Shown: positions 43,176 through 53,568 of the stretch, piece after piece
Layout: the number at the start of each line of letters is the position of its first letter
Numbering within the stretch: the first letter of the stretch is position 1
NCBI GenBank assembly: GCA_963733195.1
Contig: CAVTCR010000012.1
Span: forward strand, 1 to 64,000
Reading direction: 5' to 3'
From: an uncultured delta proteobacterium
Lineage (GTDB): Bacteria > Desulfobacterota > Binatia > Bin18
Length of the DNA: 64,000 nucleotides
Translations under genes and position numbers: made by a program
Notes under the pieces: model-generated
What the model saw: only the letters and a program-made list of their open reading frames with translations
Told to the model about the DNA's origin: nothing
The model's database searches: none

Positions 43176-44570
43176 ATGGAGAAAATTCTCGTCGTCGACG
43201 ACGAACGCAATGTCCATTACTCGTTTCGCCGAGTGCTGGGAAACGATTATGAGATCGTCTCTGCATTCTCAGGGAGAGAGGCTACCCAGCATTTGCTCGA
43301 CGAGGCTCTCCAGCTTGTGCTGTTAGACGTACGCATGCCCGGGGAAAGCGGACTTGATACACTCCAGGAAATCAAACGCCTGCGACCAGAACTGCCGGTG
43401 ATCATGATGACCGCCTTTGCGTCGGCGGAAACTGCGATTCGTTCAACGACATTCGACGCCGAAGATTACCTCATCAAACCGCTTGATGTTGATAATCTGA
43501 AGCACGTGATCGCCACTACTTTGCAGCGGCGACGACCTCAGCCTACTGTCCCACCATCCTCGCTCGAAATGCCAGTATCCGGTGCCGTCCCTATGCTCGG
43601 TCATAGTCGCGCCATGCAGGAGGTCTATAAAATTATTGGTAAAAGTGCCGCGCGTGATGTGACCGTCCTGATTACAGGAGAAAGTGGAACCGGCAAGGAA
43701 CTCATTGCTCGGGCTTTACATGCATACTCTGATCGGTCGCAAGGGCCGTTTCTCGCCATCAACTGTGCAGCTATTCCCGACACACTGCTGGAAAGCGAGC
43801 TTTTTGGTTACGAGCGAGGGGCATTTTCTGGAGCAGTCGAAGCCCGTCCAGGAAAGTTTGAGATCGCACAGGGAGGTACGCTGTTTCTTGACGAGATCGG
43901 TGACATGCCCATCCTCTTGCAAGCGAAGTTACTCCGGGTCTTGCAAGAACGTGAGTTATACCGGCTCGGTGCCCGTGAATCGCGAAGGGTTGATGTGCGC
44001 ATTATCGCGGCGACGAACCAAGAACCAGAGGGCTTGATTCGTGACGGTCGCTTTCGTGAGGACCTGTATTATCGGCTCAACGTGGTGCGCATTTCCCTGC
44101 CCCCACTACGCGAGCGCGGAGAGGACATTTCCTTACTCGCCGATTATTTTCTTGAGAAACATCATCAAAGCAATCCTCAAGGACCACGTGGATTCTCGGA
44201 GGATGCGCGTCAACAACTGCTTGCCTACTCGTGGCCAGGAAACGTCCGAGAGCTAGAAAACGTCATTGCCCAAGCAGTGATGAATGCCCGTAGCGGAGTC
44301 ATCACGTCTGAGGATCTCACCCTCAACGGCGACCTCCTCCAAGGCGAGAGTCACTCGGCAGAACCTGTCAGTCCATCAGCCGTAACACTTGATACGATCT
44401 TTGACCAGGAGGCAGGGAACGTATTTGCTGCCACCGAACGCTTGCTGATCACCAAAGCCCTCGAACGCACCCGGCAGAATCAAGTGCAAGCTGCACGCCT
44501 CTTGGGTGTCAGTCGCAATGTCCTCCGTGATCGCATGAAGCGATATCAGTTGTTTGACGTTGGCCCGTAG
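43176..44570 (+). CDS. NtrC-like sigma54-dependent response regulator
   Basis: REC domain, GESGTGKE, GAFSGA, FLDEIGD, WPGNVREL, Fis-type HTH. Confidence 0.93.
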   Translation: MEKILVVDDERNVHYSFRRVLGNDYEIVSAFSGREATQHLLDEALQLVLLDVRMPGESGLDTLQEIKRLRPELPVIMMTAFASAETAIRSTTFDAEDYLIKPLDVDNLKHVIATTLQRRRPQPTVPPSSLEMPVSGAVPMLGHSRAMQEVYKIIGKSAARDVTVLITGESGTGKELIARALHAYSDRSQGPFLAINCAAIPDTLLESELFGYERGAFSGAVEARPGKFEIAQGGTLFLDEIGDMPILLQAKLLRVLQERELYRLGARESRRVDVRIIAATNQEPEGLIRDGRFREDLYYRLNVVRISLPPLRERGEDISLLADYFLEKHHQSNPQGPRGFSEDARQQLLAYSWPGNVRELENVIAQAVMNARSGVITSEDLTLNGDLLQGESHSAEPVSPSAVTLDTIFDQEAGNVFAATERLLITKALERTRQNQVQAARLLGVSRNVLRDRMKRYQLFDVGP

Positions 44571-44595
44571 AGATGCCTAGGCGGGGTATCTCTAC
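44567..44595 (+). repeat. GTAG-type REP-like palindrome
   Basis: GTAGAGATGCC-N7-GGTATCTCTAC, overlapping the stop codon. Confidence 0.6.
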
Positions 44596-44754
44596 CTCAT
44601 CCCAGAGTCAGTTGCTTCCCCAGCAACACCTGTTGGCTTCTCTGCCTTTGCCTTAACCAATCTCCACCCCTCACCACTCCCTTCATAATTGAGTAACGAA
44701 CGCTTCCTCTGTTTTTCTCCTGAATTATCCTTCTCCTTCATTGGTCAATATCAT

Positions 44755-44770
44755 CGGCACATCTCTTGCT
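44755..44770 (+). promoter_or_regulatory. Sigma54 promoter (nitrate-type ABC operon)
   Basis: CGGCACATCTCTTGCT. Confidence 0.7.
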
Positions 44771-44840
44771 CTCTCAGAACTGATCGCCACCATTCATAAA
44801 CTAGGGGCTGGTTCACAAGAGAAGGAGGCTGTTGTTGCGC

Positions 44841-46109
44841 ATGAAAAAACCGAAGACGCAATCACTGTCGCGTCGTCAGTTTCTACACGTCTCAGGCATG
44901 ACAGCATTGCTCGCCGGTCTGCCGACAACATGGGCCGGTCGCGTTTTTGCGTCCGATGCTCCCGAAACACCACAGATCCGCATCGGCATTATTGCACTCA
45001 CTGACTGTTCATCAATTGTGATGGCCTATGAAAAAGGCTTCTTCAAACAACACGGTCTCGATGTCACGGTATCGAAAGAGGCCTCATGGGCAGTGATTCG
45101 TGACAAACTTCAGCTTGGGGAAAATCATGCGACTCACATGCTGTACGGCATGCCGTACGCCTCAACCATGGGGCTCTTTGGTGCACCAGTCAAGCCGATG
45201 ATCATCCCATGGGCAATCAACTACAACGGCCAAGCCATCACCCTCAGTAAAGACTTGAAAGAAAAAGGCGTTCGCACTGCCGGTGATCTCAAGAAGTTGC
45301 TGGATGAAGAAAAAAGTGCGGGGAAAGAGCCTCGTACCTTCGCTATGACCTTTCCCCCAGGTACCCACGCCATGTGGATTCGCTATTGGCTCGGGTCTGG
45401 TGGGATCAATCCCGATAAGGACGTTTCGTTGATTACTATCCCTCCTCCACAAATGGTCGCCAATATGAAGGTGGGCAAGATGGACGGGTTCTGTGTGGGT
45501 GAACCGTGGAATGCGCGTGCTATCGCCGATGGGATTGGGTTTACAGCGACGACCACACAGGCGATTTGGCTGAATCATCCTGAGAAAGTGTGTGCATTTA
45601 CCGCCGAGTTTGCCGAAAAGAACCCCAGAACCGTCAAAGCCGTACTGAAAGGGCTCCATCAAGCCAGTGAATTCATTGACAAACTGGAGAATCGGCCCGA
45701 AGTTGCAGAAATCGTCTCTCGTCCTGCGTATATCAACTGTCCCAAAGAAATTATCCTCGGTCGTCTGCTGGGGAAGTATGACCACGGCGACGGTACAGGT
45801 GAGCACGAGGATAAAGACTACATGCGTTTCTTCGAGCGCGGTGTCAATTTTCCGTGGAAATCACATGGAGTGTGGTGGCTGAGTCAGTTTCGCCGCTGGG
45901 GCATGGTAAAAGGCACGCCTGATTACAAAGGCATCGTCGATAAAGTGCACCGCCCGGACATCTACCGGGAGATGGCCAAAGAGATGAGTATTGAAGCATC
46001 AGCCGAAGATTTGAAGTCGGAAAAACTCTTCGACGGCATCGCTTTCGATCCTTCCAAACCGGACGAATACGCTAAGGCGTTTACAGTGAAGAACAGTATG
46101 GAAGCGTGA
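44841..46109 (+). CDS. NrtA/CmpA/CynA-family ABC substrate-binding protein (Tat signal)
   Basis: SRRQFL, IALTDCS, EASWAVIRD, FPPGTHAMW, PPPQMVANM, VGEPWN, HPEK. Confidence 0.92.
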   Translation: MKKPKTQSLSRRQFLHVSGMTALLAGLPTTWAGRVFASDAPETPQIRIGIIALTDCSSIVMAYEKGFFKQHGLDVTVSKEASWAVIRDKLQLGENHATHMLYGMPYASTMGLFGAPVKPMIIPWAINYNGQAITLSKDLKEKGVRTAGDLKKLLDEEKSAGKEPRTFAMTFPPGTHAMWIRYWLGSGGINPDKDVSLITIPPPQMVANMKVGKMDGFCVGEPWNARAIADGIGFTATTTQAIWLNHPEKVCAFTAEFAEKNPRTVKAVLKGLHQASEFIDKLENRPEVAEIVSRPAYINCPKEIILGRLLGKYDHGDGTGEHEDKDYMRFFERGVNFPWKSHGVWWLSQFRRWGMVKGTPDYKGIVDKVHRPDIYREMAKEMSIEASAEDLKSEKLFDGIAFDPSKPDEYAKAFTVKNSMEA

Positions 46110-46173
46110 GAAAAAGTAAGTCAGGTAGTCAGCATTCAGTAGACAGTAGAAAAACTCGGAAAAGTGAAAAGGA

Positions 46174-46956
46174 ATGACAGAGATGACACACGGACAACGA
46201 TTAAAGGCATTGGGGTTTCCTCTCATCGGGATCGCCTGTGTGGTAGCATTGTGGTCGCTGCTCAGCGCTACTGTCGCGCCCGATCTTCCCTCGCCATTGC
46301 GAAGTTGGGACGAGTCCAAGCGTTATATTCTGGACCCATTCTTCAAAGAAGGGGAAATGAATCAAGGAATTGGGAGGCTCGCCTATTACAGTCTCATCCG
46401 CGTCGCTCAAGGCTATTTCCTTGCGATTTTGATCGGGACTCCACTTGGATTTCTTCTTGGGCTGTCTCGCAATTTTACCCAGGCGTTTGATCCCCTCATC
46501 CAGATTCTCCGTCCGATTTCTCCGCTGGCATGGCTGCCACTCGGACTGATTCTCTTCCAACGCTCAGAACCCGCAGCGCTGTTCACCATCGCAGTCTGTG
46601 CCATGTGGCCGACGGTTATTAACACTGCCGTCGGTGTCCGCAATATCAATCAGGACTACTTGAACGTCGGGCGTGTGCTACGGCTCTCACGTTGGCAGAT
46701 GCTTACCAAGATCATTATACCTGCCACAGTTCCCTATCTCTTCACCGGTTATCGATTGAGCCTCGGTATCGCCTGGTTAGTGATCGTTGCCGCAGAAATG
46801 CTTACCGGGGCGGTTGGTGTCGGGGGTTTCCTCTGGCAGGAGTACAACAGCCTTGTCTACTCCCACATTATTCTCGCCATCGTCACAATTGGTTTAATCG
46901 GCTACATCCTCGATCGGCTGATGGCGATGGCCGAACTACGGTTCCAACGGGCATAA
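46174..46956 (+). CDS. nrtB: Nitrate-type ABC permease NrtB
   Basis: DPLIQILRPISPLAWLP, WPTVINTAVGV, AWLVIVAAEML. Confidence 0.9.
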   Translation: MTEMTHGQRLKALGFPLIGIACVVALWSLLSATVAPDLPSPLRSWDESKRYILDPFFKEGEMNQGIGRLAYYSLIRVAQGYFLAILIGTPLGFLLGLSRNFTQAFDPLIQILRPISPLAWLPLGLILFQRSEPAALFTIAVCAMWPTVINTAVGVRNINQDYLNVGRVLRLSRWQMLTKIIIPATVPYLFTGYRLSLGIAWLVIVAAEMLTGAVGVGGFLWQEYNSLVYSHIILAIVTIGLIGYILDRLMAMAELRFQRA

Positions 46957-46961
46957 GAGAC

Positions 46962-47816
46962 ATGAATTTACTTGAACTCAAAAATGTTGAGAAAAGTTTT
47001 CCTGGGCGTGAAGTTCCTGTCCTCGTAGATATCAACCTCAACATCCCGGAAGGACAGTTTACTGCAATTGTCGGATGCTCAGGCGCCGGAAAAACAACCC
47101 TAGTCTCGTTGATCGCGGGACTGACCACTCCCGACCATGGCAAGGTGATCTTCGATGGCCAACCGTCACGCGAGCCGGGGCCAGAACGCGCCATCGTCTT
47201 TCAGAATTACTCATTATTACCCTGGTTCACCGTCCTGGAGAACGTCGCTTTGGCCGTCAGCGCTGCTTCTCCTCGTTTAGGGAAGAAAGAAGTCACTGAA
47301 CAAGCGCAGTATTTTGTTGACCTGGTCAAGCTCTCTGCCGCAATGAGCAAGCGGCCACGAGAACTGTCTGGCGGCATGCGGCAACGCGTTGCGCTCGCCC
47401 GCGCTCTGGCAATGGAACCACGCATGCTGCTGCTTGATGAACCACTCAGCGCACTCGACGCGCTGACACGCGCGACGTTGCAGGATGAGTTAGCCCGGAT
47501 CTGCGGGGAAGCAAAGACTACCGTCATCATGGTCACCAATGACATCGATGAGGCCATCTTACTTGCCGATTGTGTCTATCCGTTAACTCGCGGGCCACGC
47601 GCAACCCTGGGTCACGCGATTCCTGTTGCCTTGCCACGGCCACGCACCCGTACTGGACTCAGTCTCAATCCTGAATATCAACGAGCCCGTCGGGAAATCA
47701 TTCGCTCGCTGGAAGGAACAAAAGAATACGTGGCGCCGGCTGATGCCAAGCACGAACAAACGCATCCTCTCATGGCCAGCGCCCAACCCCTCACCCCTGA
47801 CCCGCAAATTCTATGA
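46962..47816 (+). CDS. Nitrate-type ABC ATPase (NrtC/D-like)
   Basis: GCSGAGKT, VFQNYSLLPW, LSGGMRQR, LLLDEP. Confidence 0.9.
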   Translation: MNLLELKNVEKSFPGREVPVLVDINLNIPEGQFTAIVGCSGAGKTTLVSLIAGLTTPDHGKVIFDGQPSREPGPERAIVFQNYSLLPWFTVLENVALAVSAASPRLGKKEVTEQAQYFVDLVKLSAAMSKRPRELSGGMRQRVALARALAMEPRMLLLDEPLSALDALTRATLQDELARICGEAKTTVIMVTNDIDEAILLADCVYPLTRGPRATLGHAIPVALPRPRTRTGLSLNPEYQRARREIIRSLEGTKEYVAPADAKHEQTHPLMASAQPLTPDPQIL

Positions 47817-48703
47817 GCACCGTAATGATCGATATTTGGCAGCTCCGCAAAGTCTACGACACGCCAACCGGTCCTGCAGTAATTGTTGATGACTTCACCC
47901 TCAAAGCCAAGGAAGGTGAGTTCATCTGTGTTATTGGTCACTCTGGGTGTGGCAAATCGACGGTCCTGTCGATTGTGATGGGTCTCAACGAACCGACCTC
48001 TGGCAACGTCATCGTCGCTGGGAAAGAAGTGACTGGTCCTGGCCGAGATCGTGGTGTCGTTTTCCAATCTGCCGCCCTGCTTCCCTGGATGACGGTTCGA
48101 GATAATTTGTTGTTAGCCATCGACCAAGAAAGTACCCACGCAACAAAGAAAGAACGCGAGCAGCTTGCCGACCGGTATCTGACGCAAGTCGGGCTCGAAG
48201 GACAAGGGGAGCGGATGCCTGAAGAACTGTCTGCAGGGATGCGACAACGAGTAGGGATTGCGCGTGCCTTTGCCGTAGAACCGCGCGTGTTGTTGCTTGA
48301 TGAGCCGTTTAGTTTACTTGATGCCTTTACTCGCATGGAGTTGCAGGATCAACTCATTGACCTATGGGAGCGTACTCGCAAAACCGTGATGATGGTCACC
48401 CATGATGTTGATGAAGCGTTGCTGCTCGCTGATCGTATTGTGATGATGACAACTGGCCCTGCGGCTCGCATCGGTGGCATTCTTGAAGTGCCACTGCCAC
48501 GTCCACGCAAACGCGACCGTCTCCTCGAAGATCCAGCGTATTATCCCGCCCGCGATCAGCTCCTGACTTTTCTCGAGACTGGTGTTCCTCCAGCGCCACC
48601 TACGGACAGAAAGGATGCTAAGGATGAAGTCTCCCAGGTATCTCCTGCTCTCACTGGCCGCACTGTTCGCGACAGTCGTCTCTCCGCACCATGTCAAAGC
48701 TGA
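47813..48703 (+). CDS. Nitrate-type ABC ATPase (NrtD-like)
   Basis: GHSGCGKST, LSAGMRQR, VTHDVDEA, MMTTGPAARIG; C-terminal tail overlaps the next gene. Confidence 0.9.
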   Translation: MSTVMIDIWQLRKVYDTPTGPAVIVDDFTLKAKEGEFICVIGHSGCGKSTVLSIVMGLNEPTSGNVIVAGKEVTGPGRDRGVVFQSAALLPWMTVRDNLLLAIDQESTHATKKEREQLADRYLTQVGLEGQGERMPEELSAGMRQRVGIARAFAVEPRVLLLDEPFSLLDAFTRMELQDQLIDLWERTRKTVMMVTHDVDEALLLADRIVMMTTGPAARIGGILEVPLPRPRKRDRLLEDPAYYPARDQLLTFLETGVPPAPPTDRKDAKDEVSQVSPALTGRTVRDSRLSAPCQS

Positions 48704-50102
48704 AGTCGCACTGCCTTCAATCTCACCAAAACTCTCTGTCAGTGGCAGTCTCCGCATCCGAACCGAGGTGTGGAACTGGTTCGATCCTAGAGGATCTTTT
48801 GACGACGGGTATGTTTTTTCCGCTTTTCTCGGGCGCGGCGCCCTGCAATGGAAAGACGACAGCTTCGACGTGATGGTCGAAGCCCAGAGTTCCTCGCTGC
48901 TGGGCTTGCCGACAAGAGCAAGTGCACCGGCACCACAGGGACTCTTGGGTCTCGGCGCGGTGTACTACGCGCATAATCGGAGTGAGGATGATTCGCATTT
49001 TTTTCTTAAGCAAGGCTTCGTTCTCTTCAAAAATTTGGGCCTGGAAGGATTTACGCTGAAAGGCGGACGTTTCGAGTTTTCCGAAGGAAACGAAATCCTG
49101 ACTAAAGAACCGACGTTGGATTGGTTAAAAAATATCCGACTTTCACAACGTCTGATCGGTCCGTTTGGTTGGTCACATGTTGGTCGTTCGTTCGATGGTG
49201 GTGTTGCCAGTCTCACCAACGGACCTTTGAATCTCACAGTGATGGCGTCTCATCCAACACAAGGCGGGTTTGATTTGCAAGGTATGAAAGAGATGGACGA
49301 AATCGATTTGCTCTACACCTCGTTCAATATTACTCGCCCATCGTTTGCCGAGAATAGCGACGCCCGTTTCTTTTATATCTATTACAAAGACGACCGTGGG
49401 TTGTTGAAATCGGACAATCGGCCACCGGCAGTGCGCCAGGCAGATACCCGCCATATCGATGTACATACCGAAGGCGGCCACATCATTTCCGTGTTCCCAA
49501 CCAGTGCTGGACCAATTGATGTACTGGCGTGGGGAGCATTGCAACAAGGTGATTGGGGAACGCTCGACCACAATGCCTGGGCATGGGATCTGGAAGTTGG
49601 GTGGCAACCGAGCATGCTGCCATGGAAGCCGTGGCTGCGTATTGGTTATGGTCGCTCATCGGGAGATGACAGCCCAGGTGACGGAGACCACGGCACGTTC
49701 TTCCAACTTCTTCCCACTGCTCGCGTTTACTCTTTCTCCACGTTCTATAACTTGATGAATAATGAAGATGGCTTTGTGCAACTGATTCTTCGTCCTATCC
49801 CTGGTCTCGTTTCCCGCACGGATTTTCACAATATTCGCGTCACCGAGGCTCGTGACCTGTGGTACCAAGGCGCAGGTGCGACGCTCTCTGATCGCAACGT
49901 CGGGTTTGGTTTTCCTGGCCGTCCAGCTTTCGGCAAACGCAATTTATTTCAAGTGATCGAGACCTCACTCAGTTATGATCTGAACAAATTTATCAATCTC
50001 AATGTCTACTACGGTCACATCTTCGGTGGAGGTATTGTCCGTTCGATTTTCGCCGGCGATCAGGCTGATTTCGGCTATGTAGAAGTGCTGTTCAAGCTGT
50101 GA
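48624..50102 (+). CDS. Alginate-export (AlgE-like) family outer-membrane porin
   Basis: Signal peptide, SGSLRIRTEVWNWF, RLIGPFGWSHVGRSFDG, SGDDSPGDGDHGTFFQLLPT, terminal beta strand. Confidence 0.75.
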   Translation: MKSPRYLLLSLAALFATVVSPHHVKAEVALPSISPKLSVSGSLRIRTEVWNWFDPRGSFDDGYVFSAFLGRGALQWKDDSFDVMVEAQSSSLLGLPTRASAPAPQGLLGLGAVYYAHNRSEDDSHFFLKQGFVLFKNLGLEGFTLKGGRFEFSEGNEILTKEPTLDWLKNIRLSQRLIGPFGWSHVGRSFDGGVASLTNGPLNLTVMASHPTQGGFDLQGMKEMDEIDLLYTSFNITRPSFAENSDARFFYIYYKDDRGLLKSDNRPPAVRQADTRHIDVHTEGGHIISVFPTSAGPIDVLAWGALQQGDWGTLDHNAWAWDLEVGWQPSMLPWKPWLRIGYGRSSGDDSPGDGDHGTFFQLLPTARVYSFSTFYNLMNNEDGFVQLILRPIPGLVSRTDFHNIRVTEARDLWYQGAGATLSDRNVGFGFPGRPAFGKRNLFQVIETSLSYDLNKFINLNVYYGHIFGGGIVRSIFAGDQADFGYVEVLFKL

Positions 50103-50273
50103 GGCCGAGGAACGGTTTCTTCGCATCCCTCAGCTCTGCCTTGCTCCATCTACGCTCCTTTTCCTAATCCAAAAATTCTTACTCTCCGCAACTGGTTGAC
50201 ACCCAGCCTGCCAGGGGTACCATGTCAGGTACTGGTAGCGATCTGCCAACCAACCAGCAGAGGAGGATGAGCC

Positions 50274-50748
50274 ATGAATGGATCACGAGAAGTGATGAAA
50301 ATGCTCAATGAATTACTCCAAGGAGAACTGGCAGCTATCAACCAATATTTTTTGCATGCTTCCCTATGTAAGAAATGGGGGTATCTGCGTCTTTACAAGA
50401 AGATTTATGATGAATCCATCGAGGAGATGAAGCATGCCGAACAGTTGATCGATCGCATTCTCTTCCTTGACGGGCGCACCAACCGTGAAAGATTCGTTAA
50501 AAATTACGATTGGGAAAAACGTAAAAGAGATTCTTGAGAATGATTTAGCATTAGAGAAAGAGGGATTACCTGAATTGCGAAAAGCGGTTGCGCTGTGCCT
50601 TGAGCACGCTGACACCGGAACACGAGAACTTATCGAACATATTCTCGTCAGTGCGGAAGAGCATATCCAGTGGCTTGAGTCGCAAACATTTTTGATACAG
50701 CAAGTCGGCTACGAGAATTACTGCGCTCAGCACATCCAACCGGCTTGA
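50274..50748 (+). CDS. bfr: Bacterioferritin, frameshift near 50470
   Basis: ELAAINQYFLH, ESIEEMKHA, RILFLDG, DLALE, EEHIQWLE, GYENY. Confidence 0.92.
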
Positions 50749-50751
50749 GAT

Positions 50752-50776
50752 GTAGGCGCGTGCTACGCACGCCTTA
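50752..50776 (+). repeat. GTAG-type REP-like palindrome
   Basis: GTAGGC GCGTGC TAC GCACGC CTTA just after the bfr stop. Confidence 0.5.
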
Positions 50777-50905
50777 TACTTACTCGTTCTTCTTTGCCTG
50801 AAATTTCACCTCTCAACTGTTTCTCCAACAACATCTTTCAATCCCACTGTAATCGGCAAGGTAAAAATCCCCTGACTTTTCCATACGAATCCGGCTCTAA
50901 GGCAA

Positions 50906-50921
50906 TGGCATAGTTCCTGCT
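50906..50921 (+). promoter_or_regulatory. Sigma54 promoter (nirB operon)
   Basis: TGGCATAGTTCCTGCT. Confidence 0.75.
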
Positions 50922-51057
50922 CGATAGGGCTCAGAGCGTACAATGCGCTGATGCCCAAAGGGAGGAAATCCCCTCAATACTCCTCCCATTGTTCAGGAGA
51001 CGGTGTTCCCTCCACCGTCTCCTGCCCTCCTGAAAGGAGGAAAAGGAGCCGTAGGTA

Positions 51058-53568
51058 ATGTCCACTGTCCACCGCGAACGACTGGTTGTGGTTGGGAACG
51101 GCATGGCGGGCGCACGGGTTGTCGAAGAAATCCTGCAACGTGACGCGCAACGTTTCAGCATTACCATGTTCGGCGCGGAACCCTATGGCAATTATAATCG
51201 TATTCTCCTCTCCAACGTGCTGAATGGCTCTCAGAAAATGGAGGAGATCTTCCTTAATCCTCTCGCTTGGTACGAACAGAATTGCGTCACATTACATGCT
51301 GGTGTCAAAGCGACGCTGATCAATCGCTCAAAACGGGTTGTCGCCGGCAATCCTTTACGACGTGAGGCATCTCCGTATGGACTCGATGGCTGCGACCCAC
51401 ACGGGATGGCGATCGAAGAACCATACGATAAAGTCATTATTGCAACCGGCTCGCGTCCGTTCATCCCACCACTCGAAGGGATGGACAAACCAGGAACATT
51501 CCTCTTTCGCACGATCGACGACTGCGAGCAGATCGCGGAATACGCAAAAGGTTGTCGCAAAGCTGTGGTGGTAGGTGGTGGTCTGTTGGGTCTCGAAGCA
51601 GCCCGAGGCCTCCTCACCCACGGGGTCGAGGTAACGGTGATTGAAGCGCTGCCTCAGCTCATGGCCGCGCAACTCGACCCCGAATCGGGTGAGATGTTGA
51701 AGACCACGATCGAGCAGATGGGCATTCGCGTTCTTCTGGCTAAATTCTCTTCGCAGATTCTTGGCGCAGAGCGGGTCACTGGCATACAATTCAACGACGG
51801 CACAACGCTCGACACCGACATGGTCGTAGTCAGTGCGGGCATTCGCCCGATCACGGAAATTGCCAAGGATTCAGGTCTGACCGTCGAGCGCGGTATTGTC
51901 TGTGATGATCAACTTCGTACTAGCGACCCTGACATCTTTGCCGTTGGTGAATGTGTCCAGCATCGTGGAGTGATCTACGGTTTGGTCGATCCCATTTGGC
52001 AACAGGCAAAAACTATCGCCGATGTGTTAACAGGCACCGATCCACGGGCAGCATATCAGGGGTCAAAGCTCGCGACTAAACTGAAAGTGATGGGCGTTGA
52101 ACTCGCGTCGATGGGAGATGCCAAAGCTGTGCAGCCTGACGACGAGGTCGTGATCTACCGCGAACCCTCGCGTGGCGTCTACAAAAAAATGGTCATCCGC
52201 GACAACAAACTGACCAACGCAATTCTCTTAGGAGAAACCGATACGGCTGGCGTCCTAACCCAGATGTTCACGCTCGAAGCCGCAGTACCAGAACGACGTG
52301 CAGACCTCTTGTTTGGCACGTCGAGCGGTGCGCCAATCCTGTCGGTGTTCGATTTGCCGGATCAAGCGCAGATTTGTAACTGCAACGGCGTCGCCAAAGG
52401 CAAGATCAAAGACGCGATCATGATCGGCAAGTGTAAATCAGTCTCGAAAGTCGGCGTGCATACCAAGGCAGGCACCGGCTGTGGGAGTTGCAAAAGTCTG
52501 ATTCTGCAATTGTTGGAGGTCTACGCGGGCGAAGTACAAGACGATCCCAGCGAGCACTACTATGTACCGGGAGTTCCACTCACTAAGCCAGAATTGATTA
52601 CTGCTATCAAAGCGCAAAGCCTCAAGAGTGTGAGTGCGGTGTTTCGTGCACTTGCTGGTGGCAAAGAAGATCCGGGTAGTAAACCTGGACTTGCCTCGTT
52701 ACTCAAATCACTCTGGCCGCATGACTACGAAGACGAGCGTGATGCTCGCTTCATCAACGACCGCGTACACGCAAACATTCAACGCGACGCCACGTTCAGC
52801 GTCGTTCCGCGTATCTACGGTGGAGTCACCTCAGCTGCGGAACTCAAGCGCATCGCCGAAGTCGCGGAAAAATACCACGTCCCGATGGTCAAGTTTACCG
52901 GTGGTCAACGTATCGACCTGCTAGGCATCAAAAAAGAAGACTTGCCAGCAGTATGGAAGGATCTCGGTATACCAAGCGGCCACGCCTACACCAAAGCGTT
53001 TCGTACCTGCAAAAGTTGCGTTGGTACTGATTTTTGTCGCTATGGTCTAGGAGATTCTATCGGTCTCTCGCAGAAAATCGAGCGCCGTTTTCAGGGCATC
53101 GAGTCGCCACACAAGATGAAGCTCGCAACCACCGGCTGTCCGCGTAATTGCTCAGAAGCGTACGTCAAAGATCTCGGCGCGGTCGCGATCGAGGGCGGAC
53201 AATGGGAAATTTATGTTGGTGGTGCAGCCGGCAGTTCGGTACGGAAAGGCGATCTGCTGTGCACGGTCAATACGCATGATGAAGTCTTGAAGTTTATGGG
53301 GCGCTTCATGCAGTACTACCGCGAGAACGGCAAGTACCTGGAACGTAGTTACGGCTTTGTTGAACGTCTTGGAATCGAACGTTTACGTGACGTGCTTGTT
53401 GAAGATACGGAAGGAATCTGCGCACGACTCGATGCGGAGATTGAGGCCGCAGTCGCTGCCTATAAAGACCCGTGGCTGGAAGCAATCGAGCCTGTTCACG
53501 TCAGCCAGTTTGCTGATCCTGTTCCCGTCGCTGCAACAACCAGCCAGTCACAAGAGACGCTTTCATGA
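51058..53568 (+). CDS. nirB: NAD(P)H assimilatory nitrite reductase large subunit (NirB/NasD)
   Basis: GNGMAG, YNRILLS, GGGLLGLE, BFD-type CNCNGV...GTGCGSC, NDRVHANIQ, siroheme/4Fe4S ligands CKSCVGTDFC and GCPRNC. Confidence 0.95.
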   Translation: MSTVHRERLVVVGNGMAGARVVEEILQRDAQRFSITMFGAEPYGNYNRILLSNVLNGSQKMEEIFLNPLAWYEQNCVTLHAGVKATLINRSKRVVAGNPLRREASPYGLDGCDPHGMAIEEPYDKVIIATGSRPFIPPLEGMDKPGTFLFRTIDDCEQIAEYAKGCRKAVVVGGGLLGLEAARGLLTHGVEVTVIEALPQLMAAQLDPESGEMLKTTIEQMGIRVLLAKFSSQILGAERVTGIQFNDGTTLDTDMVVVSAGIRPITEIAKDSGLTVERGIVCDDQLRTSDPDIFAVGECVQHRGVIYGLVDPIWQQAKTIADVLTGTDPRAAYQGSKLATKLKVMGVELASMGDAKAVQPDDEVVIYREPSRGVYKKMVIRDNKLTNAILLGETDTAGVLTQMFTLEAAVPERRADLLFGTSSGAPILSVFDLPDQAQICNCNGVAKGKIKDAIMIGKCKSVSKVGVHTKAGTGCGSCKSLILQLLEVYAGEVQDDPSEHYYVPGVPLTKPELITAIKAQSLKSVSAVFRALAGGKEDPGSKPGLASLLKSLWPHDYEDERDARFINDRVHANIQRDATFSVVPRIYGGVTSAAELKRIAEVAEKYHVPMVKFTGGQRIDLLGIKKEDLPAVWKDLGIPSGHAYTKAFRTCKSCVGTDFCRYGLGDSIGLSQKIERRFQGIESPHKMKLATTGCPRNCSEAYVKDLGAVAIEGGQWEIYVGGAAGSSVRKGDLLCTVNTHDEVLKFMGRFMQYYRENGKYLERSYGFVERLGIERLRDVLVEDTEGICARLDAEIEAAVAAYKDPWLEAIEPVHVSQFADPVPVAATTSQSQETLS

